34,180 nucleotides of DNA. It comes from Chrysochromulina tobinii (taxonomy: Eukaryota). The translations under genes and the position numbers were made by a program. The stretch covers positions 1-34,180 of the forward strand of contig JWZX01002778.1 of assembly GCA_001275005.1 (NCBI GenBank), read 5' to 3'. The notes below the pieces were generated by a model that saw nothing but the letters and a program-made list of their open reading frames with translations, searched no databases and was not told the DNA's origin. Positions 10,490 through 19,785 of the stretch are shown piece by piece. The number at the start of each line of letters is the position of its first letter. Position 1 is the first letter of the stretch.

Positions 10490-11874
10490 CAGCGGCGCGC
10501 CGGCCACAGTCTGCGCTGCCGCTGTCTACGCGCCCACCGTCTGCGCGCCTGCCGCCTACGAAGCCTCCTCACAAGGGCAGCGACGACGAGCTGGCGGCGG
10601 CTGCCCAGAGCGTGAGCGACAGGATCGATCGCGCGGTAGCCGAGCAAATTCAAAAGAAGGTCGCGACCCACGCGAGTCGGCCCGCCTCCGCTTCCGGCAG
10701 CGCCAGCAGCGTCGCACGACCGACCAGCAGTGCGAGCGCTGCGGCGGGCATCGGCGTGGAGGAGCGGCATGGGCGAGAGTTCGACGCGTATGCAGCCGCG
10801 CTTGCAAACGCCGAGGATCGACTCTTCAATCCGTGTGGAGGTGCGGGCTTGGGCGCACCCTCTGTAGAAGCCGCCGCCTCGCCGAGCGCCAGGGCAAGCG
10901 GCACGGGGCGGGCGTGGAGCAGCGTCCGTGCTGCCGCCGCTGGCGACGCAAGTGTGGCTGGCGCCGGCGGCGGTAGCGGCACGCATCGCTCTCATAAAGC
11001 ACTGACGAAGCGCGAAAACGGCTCCGCAACGGACGTGCTGCTGCAGTTTGGCTACCAGTCAGAGAGCCCCATTGCCTCCGGCGCCTTCTCGCAGGTGGTC
11101 CGCGCGCGCCATCTGAGCACTGGCAAGGAGGTGGCGGTCAAGACCTTCCAGACGCGCGCACGCGGCGGCAAGGCCGCGGCCGCCCTCAAAGACGTTCGGG
11201 CTGAGCTTGACGCTCTGACGCGGCTGCAACCGTCGGCGCACGTACACGTGGCGAATCTGGTCGCAACGTTCGAGTCGGAGCATGAGTTGCATGCCATCCT
11301 CGAGTACTGCCAGGGCGGCTCCCTCCAGAAGCACTTGCATGCGCAGGGTCATGGCATGGGGCTTCCCGAGCTCGAGGCGTTCAAGATTGCATGCCAGGTG
11401 GCATGTGCGCTCGGTCACATGCATGCGCTCGGAGTCGCTCACCGGGATGTTAAGCCCGACAACCTGATCTTTGCTGATCGGACGCGCGCGGCGGTGCGGC
11501 TCGTCGACTTTGGCTTCGCCTCGTGCCATGATGGCAAGCGGCTGCGCACCGTATGCGGCTCGCCGGCGTATATGGCGCCTGAGCTGATCGCAAACATGCC
11601 CTACCTCGGTCCACCTGTGGACGTGTGGGCGCTCGGCGCACTTCTCTTTGAGTTACTGCATAACCGCACAGCCTTCCGGGGCGAGTCGATGGCACAGCTG
11701 CACATCCGGATCCGCAAGGGCGCGCACACGCCGTTTGGACCCGAAGCGAGCTCGCGCGCCAAGAAGATCATCAAGAAGGCACTCACAGTCGAGGTACAGG
11801 AGCGGGCGGATGCTATGACAATCGCGCGCAACCTGCACGATTCGGGCATCAAAGTCGATGCGATGCCAAGCTGA
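9781..11874 (+). CDS. Ser/Thr protein kinase, CAMK group (AMPK/MARK-like), with long low-complexity N-terminus
   Basis: SGAFSQV, VAVK, HRDVKPDN, DFG, TVCGSPAYMAPE and DVWALG. Exact start codon uncertain. Confidence 0.9.
10459..10488 (+). repeat. (CAG)9CAA polyglutamine tract in the kinase
   Basis: Read directly; encodes Q10. Confidence 0.95.
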
Positions 11875-12432
11875 CGTTGCCGAGCGAGTGGCAGCCGCTC
11901 CAACGCCCCAGGCGGCAGCGTCGTTGCGCGAGGGCCCGCCCGACTGGGCGCCAGACACGCGCTGCGCGCGCCCCATTCAAGATTTACGTTGTGTGATACC
12001 GTCCCTCGACCGCGGTCGGGTACTCCTGTGCGCGTCTGTTCGTCGTTGTCAAAAATGTCATCCGCTTCGCGTCTTGTTACGTGTGTACGTGACCGCGTCC
12101 GACCTTTCAGTGGAGTACAACCGTCAGGAAACCGTCAGGTACAGCCTCCACAGCGCGAGTTTCAGAGTCGCGCCGCCGCCGCGCGCCGGCCACTATTATC
12201 TATTTCCACACAGCTGTCCACTCGCGTGCGATAAGAAGTGTATGCGGACTCGCGTGATTCGATCCGCATCGCCGGGTACCCGCGCACGTCTTACCTATAC
12301 GTTCCCCGCGCGGGCGTGCCCGCCGGCGGGCCGCGAGCGGCCGTTCATCGTCTGCACGGCACACGAAGGGCGCGTTTATGCACGGAGCTGTGCACCGCCT
12401 TCCGTCTCATGCTCACGCCGCCGTCTCTCCCC

Positions 12433-14397
12433 TCACCGCGGTGGCGGTGGCGCGCCCTGCCGGAATCGCTTGAGGAAGCCAGCTGTCATGGATGGCACCT
12501 GCGAGACTCGTAGCCGCAAGCCGCTGCTCGTCTTCCGGGCAGAGATGGCCGAACAGTCTCCTACCGCCTGCGATGATCCGCCTGCGCCACCACTGCGCGC
12601 GTGACCCAGGTCGACCCATGCAACCTGTGGCACGATCTGTGGGGAATCCAAACCGTCGCCAAATGGCAAGGATCGTGCCGGCCCACGCAGAGGCGGCACT
12701 GGCGATGGTCGAGGCAGTTGAGCCGGCGGTTGAGGCGGTGCACGCGGCGGCGGCGCTTGGCCGTGCACCGGTACGCCATTGCGAAAGCACGAGAACGCCG
12801 CGGAAGCCTCCGATGGTCCGTGTGGCACGCCTACATCGCATGCTGCCGCGGCCGCCGCTTCGAAGAAGCGCGAGGTGGTCGCCCGTCCTTCATTCGGAGC
12901 CGCTGGTGCGGCTCTGGCAGGCTCGTGGCCACCGGGGGCCACGGCAGCGGCAAGGCGCGCCGTAGTGGTGCGGGTCGAGAGCATGCCCCGCTGCGTTGCG
13001 TGCTCGTACTCGTGCTCATCACCATCGGTCTTGAGTGTGCCCGCTACCGGCGCTGGCGCCTCTGCTGGTTGTTGAAACCTTTCCCCCTCGACCGCCTCCA
13101 TCGCCGCCGCCACCGCCTCCACCTCGGCCGGCGCGACTCCGGCAGCTTCCTCCACCGCGGCCGCTTCGGTCGCAGGCACTTCAGCCACGGACGCGAAGGA
13201 CCATGCGGCTGGCGGCAGCGGTTGCGCAGGTGCCGGCAGCGACGCGCACGGCGGCAGCGGGGCGGGTGGCGGCAGACCCTCGAATAGTCTACTCACGTCC
13301 TCGAGCGTCTCCGCATCCACGGTGGCATCGATGCAGATGGCGTGCGCGAGGCCGGCCTCGATCGGCTCGCCGAGGTGGAAGCAGCGTGAGCGCGGCGCAC
13401 CGTCGCGGCGCAGGGGTACCACGCGCGCGCTCGTCGGGTCGTACACGAGCTGGTGCCAAAACGTCTGCCGCACGAGGTTCGCGTTGTCGAGCAAGTCGGC
13501 GAGCAGCTCCGCGCGCTCATGTGCGCGGGCGCCCCCGCCGCCGCTGCTGCATCCGGCGGCGAGTGTGGCTGCCAAACCCCCGCGCTTGTGGAGGGCGGCA
13601 GACAGACACGCCTCGAGGCTCTGATGCTCACGCAGCAGCGCGTGCGCCGTCTTGACGCCCACGCCTGGCACGCCGGACATGTAGTCGCAGCCTGCGAGGA
13701 TGGCGAGGTCTACGAGGAGAGTCTCGGCCCACGCTTGCCACTCGCCTGGCCATGCGCCGTCAAAGAGTGGCACACCGTCGCGCTCGGCGAGGCGCAGGTT
13801 GTCGAAGAGCGCGAGCCGGCCGTGTCCCGACGCATCGAGCTTGAACAGCACGCACGGGCACCCGTACACGAGAAGGTCCGAGTCCTCACTGATAGCTGCG
13901 GCACAGTGGCCGGCACGCACCAGGAAAGCGAGCTGCGCGTCGGCCTCGTAGGGCGCGACGACGAATGCGACACGCTGCTTTCGAAGCGCCGCGATGAGCC
14001 GGCGGCGCATCGCCGCTGTCACGCGGACGGCGCGGCCGAAGGCGGCGCTCGCTTCTGTGCGATGGCCCTCGGCAAGCAGCTGATGACCTTGTGCGAGCGC
14101 CGCCTCGCGCTGCTCTGCGCGCAGCGCGTTGGTGCGTGCCTTCATGACAGCCGGCGCTCCGTCGAAGACGAAGAGCAGCTCAACGCCGTGCTCACGGCAA
14201 AGTGCGATCATCCGCAGCGAGAAGCCCAGGTAGCGCTCAGTGTGCTTGTCTTGCGCAAGGTCGGAGGAGCAAGAGTGCGCACCGCGGTGCAGCCAGCCGG
14301 AGGCATCTACCGCGAGGTACTGCCCGCGGAAGCGCCCAACGTGCACATCCGGCTCGCACGCCGGCCGCACGAAATCGAGCAAGCCGATGATCCCCAT
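12433..14397 (-). CDS. EXO1: Exonuclease 1 (XPG/Rad2 family)
   Basis: Canonical start MGIIGLL at 14397; AVDASGWLHRG, VFDG, APYEADAQLA, SEDSDLL and GCDY..GVG.KTA motifs; disordered C-terminus. Confidence 0.92.
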   Translation of the reverse strand: MGIIGLLDFVRPACEPDVHVGRFRGQYLAVDASGWLHRGAHSCSSDLAQDKHTERYLGFSLRMIALCREHGVELLFVFDGAPAVMKARTNALRAEQREAALAQGHQLLAEGHRTEASAAFGRAVRVTAAMRRRLIAALRKQRVAFVVAPYEADAQLAFLVRAGHCAAAISEDSDLLVYGCPCVLFKLDASGHGRLALFDNLRLAERDGVPLFDGAWPGEWQAWAETLLVDLAILAGCDYMSGVPGVGVKTAHALLREHQSLEACLSAALHKRGGLAATLAAGCSSGGGGARAHERAELLADLLDNANLVRQTFWHQLVYDPTSARVVPLRRDGAPRSRCFHLGEPIEAGLAHAICIDATVDAETLEDVSRLFEGLPPPAPLPPCASLPAPAQPLPPAAWSFASVAEVPATEAAAVEEAAGVAPAEVEAVAAAMEAVEGERFQQPAEAPAPVAGTLKTDGDEHEYEHATQRGMLSTRTTTARLAAAVAPGGHEPARAAPAAPNEGRATTSRFFEAAAAAACDVGVPHGPSEASAAFSCFRNGVPVHGQAPPPRAPPQPPAQLPRPSPVPPLRGPARSLPFGDGLDSPQIVPQVAWVDLGHARSGGAGGSSQAVGDCSAISARKTSSGLRLRVSQVPSMTAGFLKRFRQGAPPPPR

Positions 14398-14524
14398 GGG
14401 ACGGTGACAAGGCGCTCGTGCGCTGCTCGCCTTCGGCGCGGCGGTGTGACACAGCGTTGTGCGAGATCCTTTGTGAGCACTTATGAGTGGACACACGTAA
14501 TTTTTGGAAGTTTGAGACATCGAG

Positions 14525-15433
14525 ATGGCATCGGATTTTTTCCGTTACTCTTCTGTGAACTGTGGCGCAATCGCGATGGTCGTCTTAGTCGCTCCAGCTC
14601 TCTCCACCATTTCCGCGGTCGCCTCCACCGCCTCCGCCGCCGCCTCGTCCGCTGTTTTGAAGTCCTTCGCAAGCGACGGAGTGAACTTCTTCAACTCGCT
14701 GCGAACGCCTGCCGCACTTGTGGCAGCAGCGGCGATCAAGGACGCATTCGCACTGCAGTCGGCACCAGACGACGTTAAAAAGTCCCGTGCGTGGACGGCC
14801 CTTCGAAACATGTACCTGCTGCTTCAGCTAGCATGCTTCAGTAGCACAATCCTGTGCATCTTCATCTCCACCCACGCCATCGTGAACCTCCAGTGCTCAG
14901 CGGGCGTCTCCGGGGTCACTGAGGCCACCTCACTGATCGCAATGATGAGGTCGCACTTCGAGTTCGAGTACGTCTCGGTACGCGCCTCGTTTGGGACCGG
15001 ATTGCTCGCCTTCGTCATCGCACAGGCGCTGCGCGTGCGCTACGAGCTGCGACGGGCCAAAGAAATGTCGTGGGCGGCGATGTGGCTTACATTAGCCTCG
15101 GCGGCTTTCATGGTTGCCTACAACAATTCCAAATCGATCACGTACGGCGGCTACACGGGCTTGGTTGCCCGGTGGGGTCGGCTTTCGGTACAACTTCTGC
15201 TCGAGCGCTCCTCCTTTGCACACCCGATGCCGCTCGTGTGCGCCTTCCTCACCGCCTTCGGCTCTGCGATCGCGGTCCGCGTCGCTCTCCGGCTCGCCCT
15301 CGATCAGCTCGACGAGGACAAGGACGGGTCCGTGAGCTGGAAGGAAGCAACCGGCTTCGTGACGAACCTGCCCGGGCGCGCGTGGCGGCTGATGACGAGC
15401 AAGGATCAAATTAATCAGCAGCCGCAAGCTTAA
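14525..15433 (+). CDS. Multi-pass membrane protein with a single C-terminal EF-hand
   Basis: Four to five hydrophobic segments and an EF loop DEDKDGSVSWKE. Start may be the later Met (MVVLVAP). Confidence 0.7.
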   Translation: MASDFFRYSSVNCGAIAMVVLVAPALSTISAVASTASAAASSAVLKSFASDGVNFFNSLRTPAALVAAAAIKDAFALQSAPDDVKKSRAWTALRNMYLLLQLACFSSTILCIFISTHAIVNLQCSAGVSGVTEATSLIAMMRSHFEFEYVSVRASFGTGLLAFVIAQALRVRYELRRAKEMSWAAMWLTLASAAFMVAYNNSKSITYGGYTGLVARWGRLSVQLLLERSSFAHPMPLVCAFLTAFGSAIAVRVALRLALDQLDEDKDGSVSWKEATGFVTNLPGRAWRLMTSKDQINQQPQA

Positions 15434-15809
15434 GAAGAAGGTCGAGTCCGCGAATTTGATCGAAGTGGACCGCTGCCTGCGTGGCGAAGGAACGATGCAG
15501 CAGGCTGCCGCCGACTCCGCCCGCCGGCCGAGCCTCCACTGTGGCCGTGTCTTGACTGCGATTGACATGTGAAAAGTTGAGCCCTTGTGGGTACCGGTAC
15601 CGGTATGTGTTTTCGTGTCGCGTCGTCTATGGTGTTTTTACATGCACGTTGCAAAACAAATTGCACGATCTCGTCAAAACCGTTTGCTCGCACAACAATT
15701 GCAGCACAAACCGACCGAAAATTCCAGGATGTCGTTGTGGCCAATCTGAGGGCCCGCGGGTGGTCCACACGGTGTTGAGAGCGCAAACAACGGCGGGACC
15801 TTCCGGGCC

Positions 15810-16565
15810 ATGGAGGACTTCAACGCGGGCGCGCTGCCCTGGTGTGAGTTTGGTGACGTGGAGTCGGGATCGGACCGGCCGACGACGAGCGCCACGTTCG
15901 TGTCAGCACAGGAATCGCTCGAGGGTCCCACGACTCCGCGCAACGTAGTCTTGCAGTGGCCACCGGCAGCATCGATTGTTGGCGCACTCATCGAAGCGCT
16001 GGCTGCAGCTACGGCCTGCAACGATGGCGAGGCCATCGCTGCGGCAGTGATGCATCTCGCCGTCCTGCTCGACAGCTCATGTCGAGACGATGGTGCGGCA
16101 ATCGGTGCGGCGATGCGTGCTGGTCCCGCGCTCGAATCGCTTGTCCGACTGCTCGATCATGCCGACCAGCGCGTGACGCAGGCCACTCTCCTGCTCATTG
16201 GGAACCTGTCGACGCACGATGTCGATGAGGCGGCTGACGCCACGCTCCACGCGTTTCGCACGCTCGGCTCCTTCGAGCGGCTTCTGCCACATGCGCAAAG
16301 CACAAGCCCGCTCACGGTCATGTACGCGCTCGGCGCGATCCGGAATCAAATGACGGGCCTGAATGAGGTCACCCTGCTCCAGACGAGTGGCGTCCTTGCA
16401 CAGCTGCAGCAAATTGCGGCTGGGAGGCCCCAAGCTGAAGCCGGCGCCACCTCCATGCCATTCGCCGACGCCTTAGATCACCCGCGGCTACGCCAGTTTG
16501 CGTGCGGCTGCCTCATCAACGTGCGACAGATCATGTCGGCGAACAAAATTGGAAACTGGAGCTGA
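15810..16565 (+). CDS. Armadillo-like helical repeat protein
   Basis: ALESLVRLL..D.RV...TLLLIGNLS, ALGAIRN and ACGCLINV are ARM-type helices. Confidence 0.6.
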   Translation: MEDFNAGALPWCEFGDVESGSDRPTTSATFVSAQESLEGPTTPRNVVLQWPPAASIVGALIEALAAATACNDGEAIAAAVMHLAVLLDSSCRDDGAAIGAAMRAGPALESLVRLLDHADQRVTQATLLLIGNLSTHDVDEAADATLHAFRTLGSFERLLPHAQSTSPLTVMYALGAIRNQMTGLNEVTLLQTSGVLAQLQQIAAGRPQAEAGATSMPFADALDHPRLRQFACGCLINVRQIMSANKIGNWS

Positions 16566-17080
16566 GACCGGACGAATAGCGTTGCGCCGCACGGGTAAAA
16601 CAATTATAGGCGCCGGGATGGCCCGCAAAGAGGCCGCGTGGCCGCCCACATCCTAGGCTTGGCTTTGGGTGCTGTCACAGTTCGGTTACAGGAGTAACAC
16701 GGCCGGGCAGATGGCTGATGGGCACGGCAGATGCGTACGAGCCCTGGAGCTCGGACGGCGCTCGGCGGCGAACGAACCGTACGAGCTACGACGGTCGCGT
16801 TCAAAAGCTCGCGCATCATTCGCGCGAATAGTACATTTATCCAGCTGAACCATCGCCTTGGCGCTACACTCGCACTACTACGTTTACTGCGCTGCTTTTG
16901 AGGTCGTCGTGTGAGCTGTAAAGTCTGACCGGCCCACCCGACCGCACGTCTCTGACCGGAAATGCCACCCGCGGGTGACGAATCCTCGTGACACCCCGAG
17001 TGCGCGTATGGTACACATCTTACGCAACATGCAGGACCAGCTTCCCCACCGCACTTCGTGGGCAGCACAACTCGCACGGC

Positions 17081-17842
17081 TCAGCCGAACATCTTCTTGA
17101 ACATATCTACAGGTCCACCTCCACCGCCGACCGCCGCCGGCGCGTCGAGCCATTCCTCGGCCTTCGATTGCACGAGCTCTGCATGATCCTCCCCAAACGC
17201 CTGCGCAAACGCCGGTCGCTGCGCGCAGCGCAACATGTATGCCGCGATCGCGGGGGTCTTGCTCAGGTCTGCGTTTGGAAAGAAGACGGGCACGTAGTTG
17301 AGGTATGATGCCACAGCCGCGTCAGCGACAGAGAAGCGACCACCAACGAGCCACTCAGATTTGGAAAGGATGGTCTCGAGAGTCGCGACCGCCTTGAGGT
17401 CGGAACGCTCCATGGAGGTGCCGCGAACGCGGTGGTCGCCCGGAATAGCGCCAAAGCAGAGCCCATCCAGACAGGCGTTCGCCCAAAGCACCCACGAGGT
17501 CATTGCGGCCTTCTCGGCCTTAGTCGGTTTGTCGCCCTTGAAGCCGTAAGTATCCATGAGGTAGAGGAGAATCGCCCCAGACTCGAAGACGACGACGCCA
17601 TCGTCGTCCGTGAGGCATGGTACCTGCCCGAAAGGGTGTGGCGATGGCCGGGACGGCGCCATCTCAAAATCAATGCCAGCCTCATAGCAGAAGAAGTTCA
17701 CCAGCGGGGAGCGAGACTGCGGCGACCCGTGCAGTCGAGGCAGGCCCATCGACGGCGGAAATGCCAGCCGTGCTGTGGAGCGTGCTTGTGACGCGATGAA
17801 AGTAGCAGTGAATGATAGAAATGCTGTCAGCGACGCTAACAT
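17081..17842 (-). CDS. Glutathione S-transferase with N-terminal targeting leader
   Basis: HPFGQVPCL, FESGAILLYL and WLVGGRFSVADAA motifs; hydrophobic then Ser/Thr/Arg-rich leader. Confidence 0.9.
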   Translation of the reverse strand: MLASLTAFLSFTATFIASQARSTARLAFPPSMGLPRLHGSPQSRSPLVNFFCYEAGIDFEMAPSRPSPHPFGQVPCLTDDDGVVVFESGAILLYLMDTYGFKGDKPTKAEKAAMTSWVLWANACLDGLCFGAIPGDHRVRGTSMERSDLKAVATLETILSKSEWLVGGRFSVADAAVASYLNYVPVFFPNADLSKTPAIAAYMLRCAQRPAFAQAFGEDHAELVQSKAEEWLDAPAAVGGGGGPVDMFKKMFG

Positions 17843-18017
17843 GACCGCGAGGAGGTGTGTGTTTGGCGAGGTCGACTCTTCGAAACTTTCTCGGAACTGA
17901 CTGGAACATACAGAACTGAAGTGAAGGAAGCTGTTCAGAAACTCTGAACCTCAGCCCGGCGGCTTCTGTGTACAACAAACCGGAACATCTATCTGATTAT
18001 TCACGTCATCAAACATC

Positions 18018-19715
18018 ATGGCTCTTCGACCCGTGGTGTGTGGCCATGCGCTAGCCGACGGTGGCCACGTCGAGTTCTTGATCATCACGACGACACCCGA
18101 TGGCGGCCAGGTGACCTCGCGTCAGCGTTTCTCGGCATTTCTCGCGTTACATCGGGATTTGCGATTCCTCATAGATGTCGGGAGGCTACAGCTTGGCCTA
18201 CCGGAAGTGTTCCCGGTCGCCAAGAGTGTGTTGCTGCGAAGCACGAAGAGTCGAGTTAAGCGGGCAGCCGAGCTGAACGCATACCTTCAAAACGTAGCCA
18301 CGTTGGCGGGAGACTCGCCGCCCAAAGTCCTCCTTAGCTTCCTCAATATGGAAACTTCCAGCATTGGTGAGGTTAAGCAAGCAGTCCCGGTGAGCCCCAC
18401 CTTCGTCACGCGCGCAATGACGGCGGGAAGCGAAAGCCCAGAAGCTGAGGTGGGGGTGTCGCAGTCTACCACGGAAGACATGGACCCTGCCAAACCGCAC
18501 CCCCTGCCACCGCGTGGAACAGAGGAGCTAGAGCTCACGCGCGATGTGTATGCGACGGCGTTTGTTCTGGCATCCAACGCGACTGTTGACATGTACTCGT
18601 TGTCGCCGAGGACAAACCCACAGATGCTTCTGCTCTGGGGTTATGTGCTCTTCATTGTCGCCTCGCAAACCTTTGCGCTCGCCTCGCTTGTCTTCTTCTT
18701 CCCGCCTGTCGTCGATTCGGAGACTCTGTTTGTCGACTGCCTACGACCGAGCGCGGTGGCCATCAAATGGCTCGAGGTGCTCGCCGGCAGCAGGCTTACA
18801 GCCGCTGCTATGCCCACTGGGACTTTCGCCGCCGCGACCCTGGCTCATCAGTGTCTACCATCGGAGGGCAGCGACTGCACGCCGCCCTCGTTCTCCTCCG
18901 GCACAACCCTGAGCAGCGCAGCGCTCGAGGTCTGCATCGGTCTCGACGTGGCTTTCTCTCTGCCGCTCCCCAGAGCGACGGATGGATCGAGCACCGCGGG
19001 TGCGGTCGAATTTCGAAGGCTGGAGCGCGAGACCTTCTTCTACGAGAACGTCTTCGGCGTCCTCGCGCGGCGACAGCCGGGCCAAGGCTTGCCCTTCGTG
19101 CTGACCCTGCTGCAGCTGGTGTGCTGCGTGTGGGTGGTCGTTCATGTCTACTTCGTCGACTTTGCGGCGGTCGAGCGCCTGCTGCGCTTTCGTGACTTCA
19201 ACACGTGGTTCAAGCCGCTCAAGGGCGAGAAGGGCGACAGCAAATGGTGGGTAATTGCGATCCCACTCATCCAATTTGGATTAGGTTCGTCCATCGTGGC
19301 CGTCTCATGCTGCATCACGTGCGCCTGCACCTCTGGATTCGATGCGGTGATGAATTCGCTCGCCTTCACCTTCATCTCGACCGTCGCGGAGGTCTTCAAC
19401 CAGCCGCTGCTCAGCTACTATGCGAGGCTACCCATCGCCAACCTCGACCCGGAGATGTATGGCACCGAGCCGATCTATTATCTCGTCGCGAGCTATGACG
19501 CTAATAACTCATACGGCATCGAGAAATGGGCGCGTAGCTGGTACGTCAGGCAGGAGGATGCAGTCGCCGGCTTGCTCACCGATTTCGAAATTCGTCACTG
19601 CCCGGACGACTACCCGCAGCATTCGCGCAAGCTCATTGAAGTGCTGCGCGTTCTTTTCTTCTGCGTGCCGATCCTCGCGCTCGCCGCCTGCTGTGTGATT
19701 TTTGGCGCTGATTAA
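18018..19715 (+). CDS. PX (phosphoinositide-binding) domain protein with multi-pass membrane C-terminus
   Basis: HVEFLI...RQRFSAFLALHRDL...FPVAK...RAAELNAYLQNV fits a PX domain; about five hydrophobic segments follow. Confidence 0.7.
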   Translation: MALRPVVCGHALADGGHVEFLIITTTPDGGQVTSRQRFSAFLALHRDLRFLIDVGRLQLGLPEVFPVAKSVLLRSTKSRVKRAAELNAYLQNVATLAGDSPPKVLLSFLNMETSSIGEVKQAVPVSPTFVTRAMTAGSESPEAEVGVSQSTTEDMDPAKPHPLPPRGTEELELTRDVYATAFVLASNATVDMYSLSPRTNPQMLLLWGYVLFIVASQTFALASLVFFFPPVVDSETLFVDCLRPSAVAIKWLEVLAGSRLTAAAMPTGTFAAATLAHQCLPSEGSDCTPPSFSSGTTLSSAALEVCIGLDVAFSLPLPRATDGSSTAGAVEFRRLERETFFYENVFGVLARRQPGQGLPFVLTLLQLVCCVWVVVHVYFVDFAAVERLLRFRDFNTWFKPLKGEKGDSKWWVIAIPLIQFGLGSSIVAVSCCITCACTSGFDAVMNSLAFTFISTVAEVFNQPLLSYYARLPIANLDPEMYGTEPIYYLVASYDANNSYGIEKWARSWYVRQEDAVAGLLTDFEIRHCPDDYPQHSRKLIEVLRVLFFCVPILALAACCVIFGAD

Positions 19716-19785
19716 AGATTCTGAAATTCAACCAACACAGCGCTTTGAGGAATTTGCAGGGGCGGCGTCACGTGAATCCTCTGAA

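Noticed and set aside
13453..14778. Long antisense/alternate-frame ORFs (e.g. 441 aa opposite EXO1, 3123..3908, 23639..24652)
   Set aside because: Expected by-products of high GC3 codon bias; no motifs.
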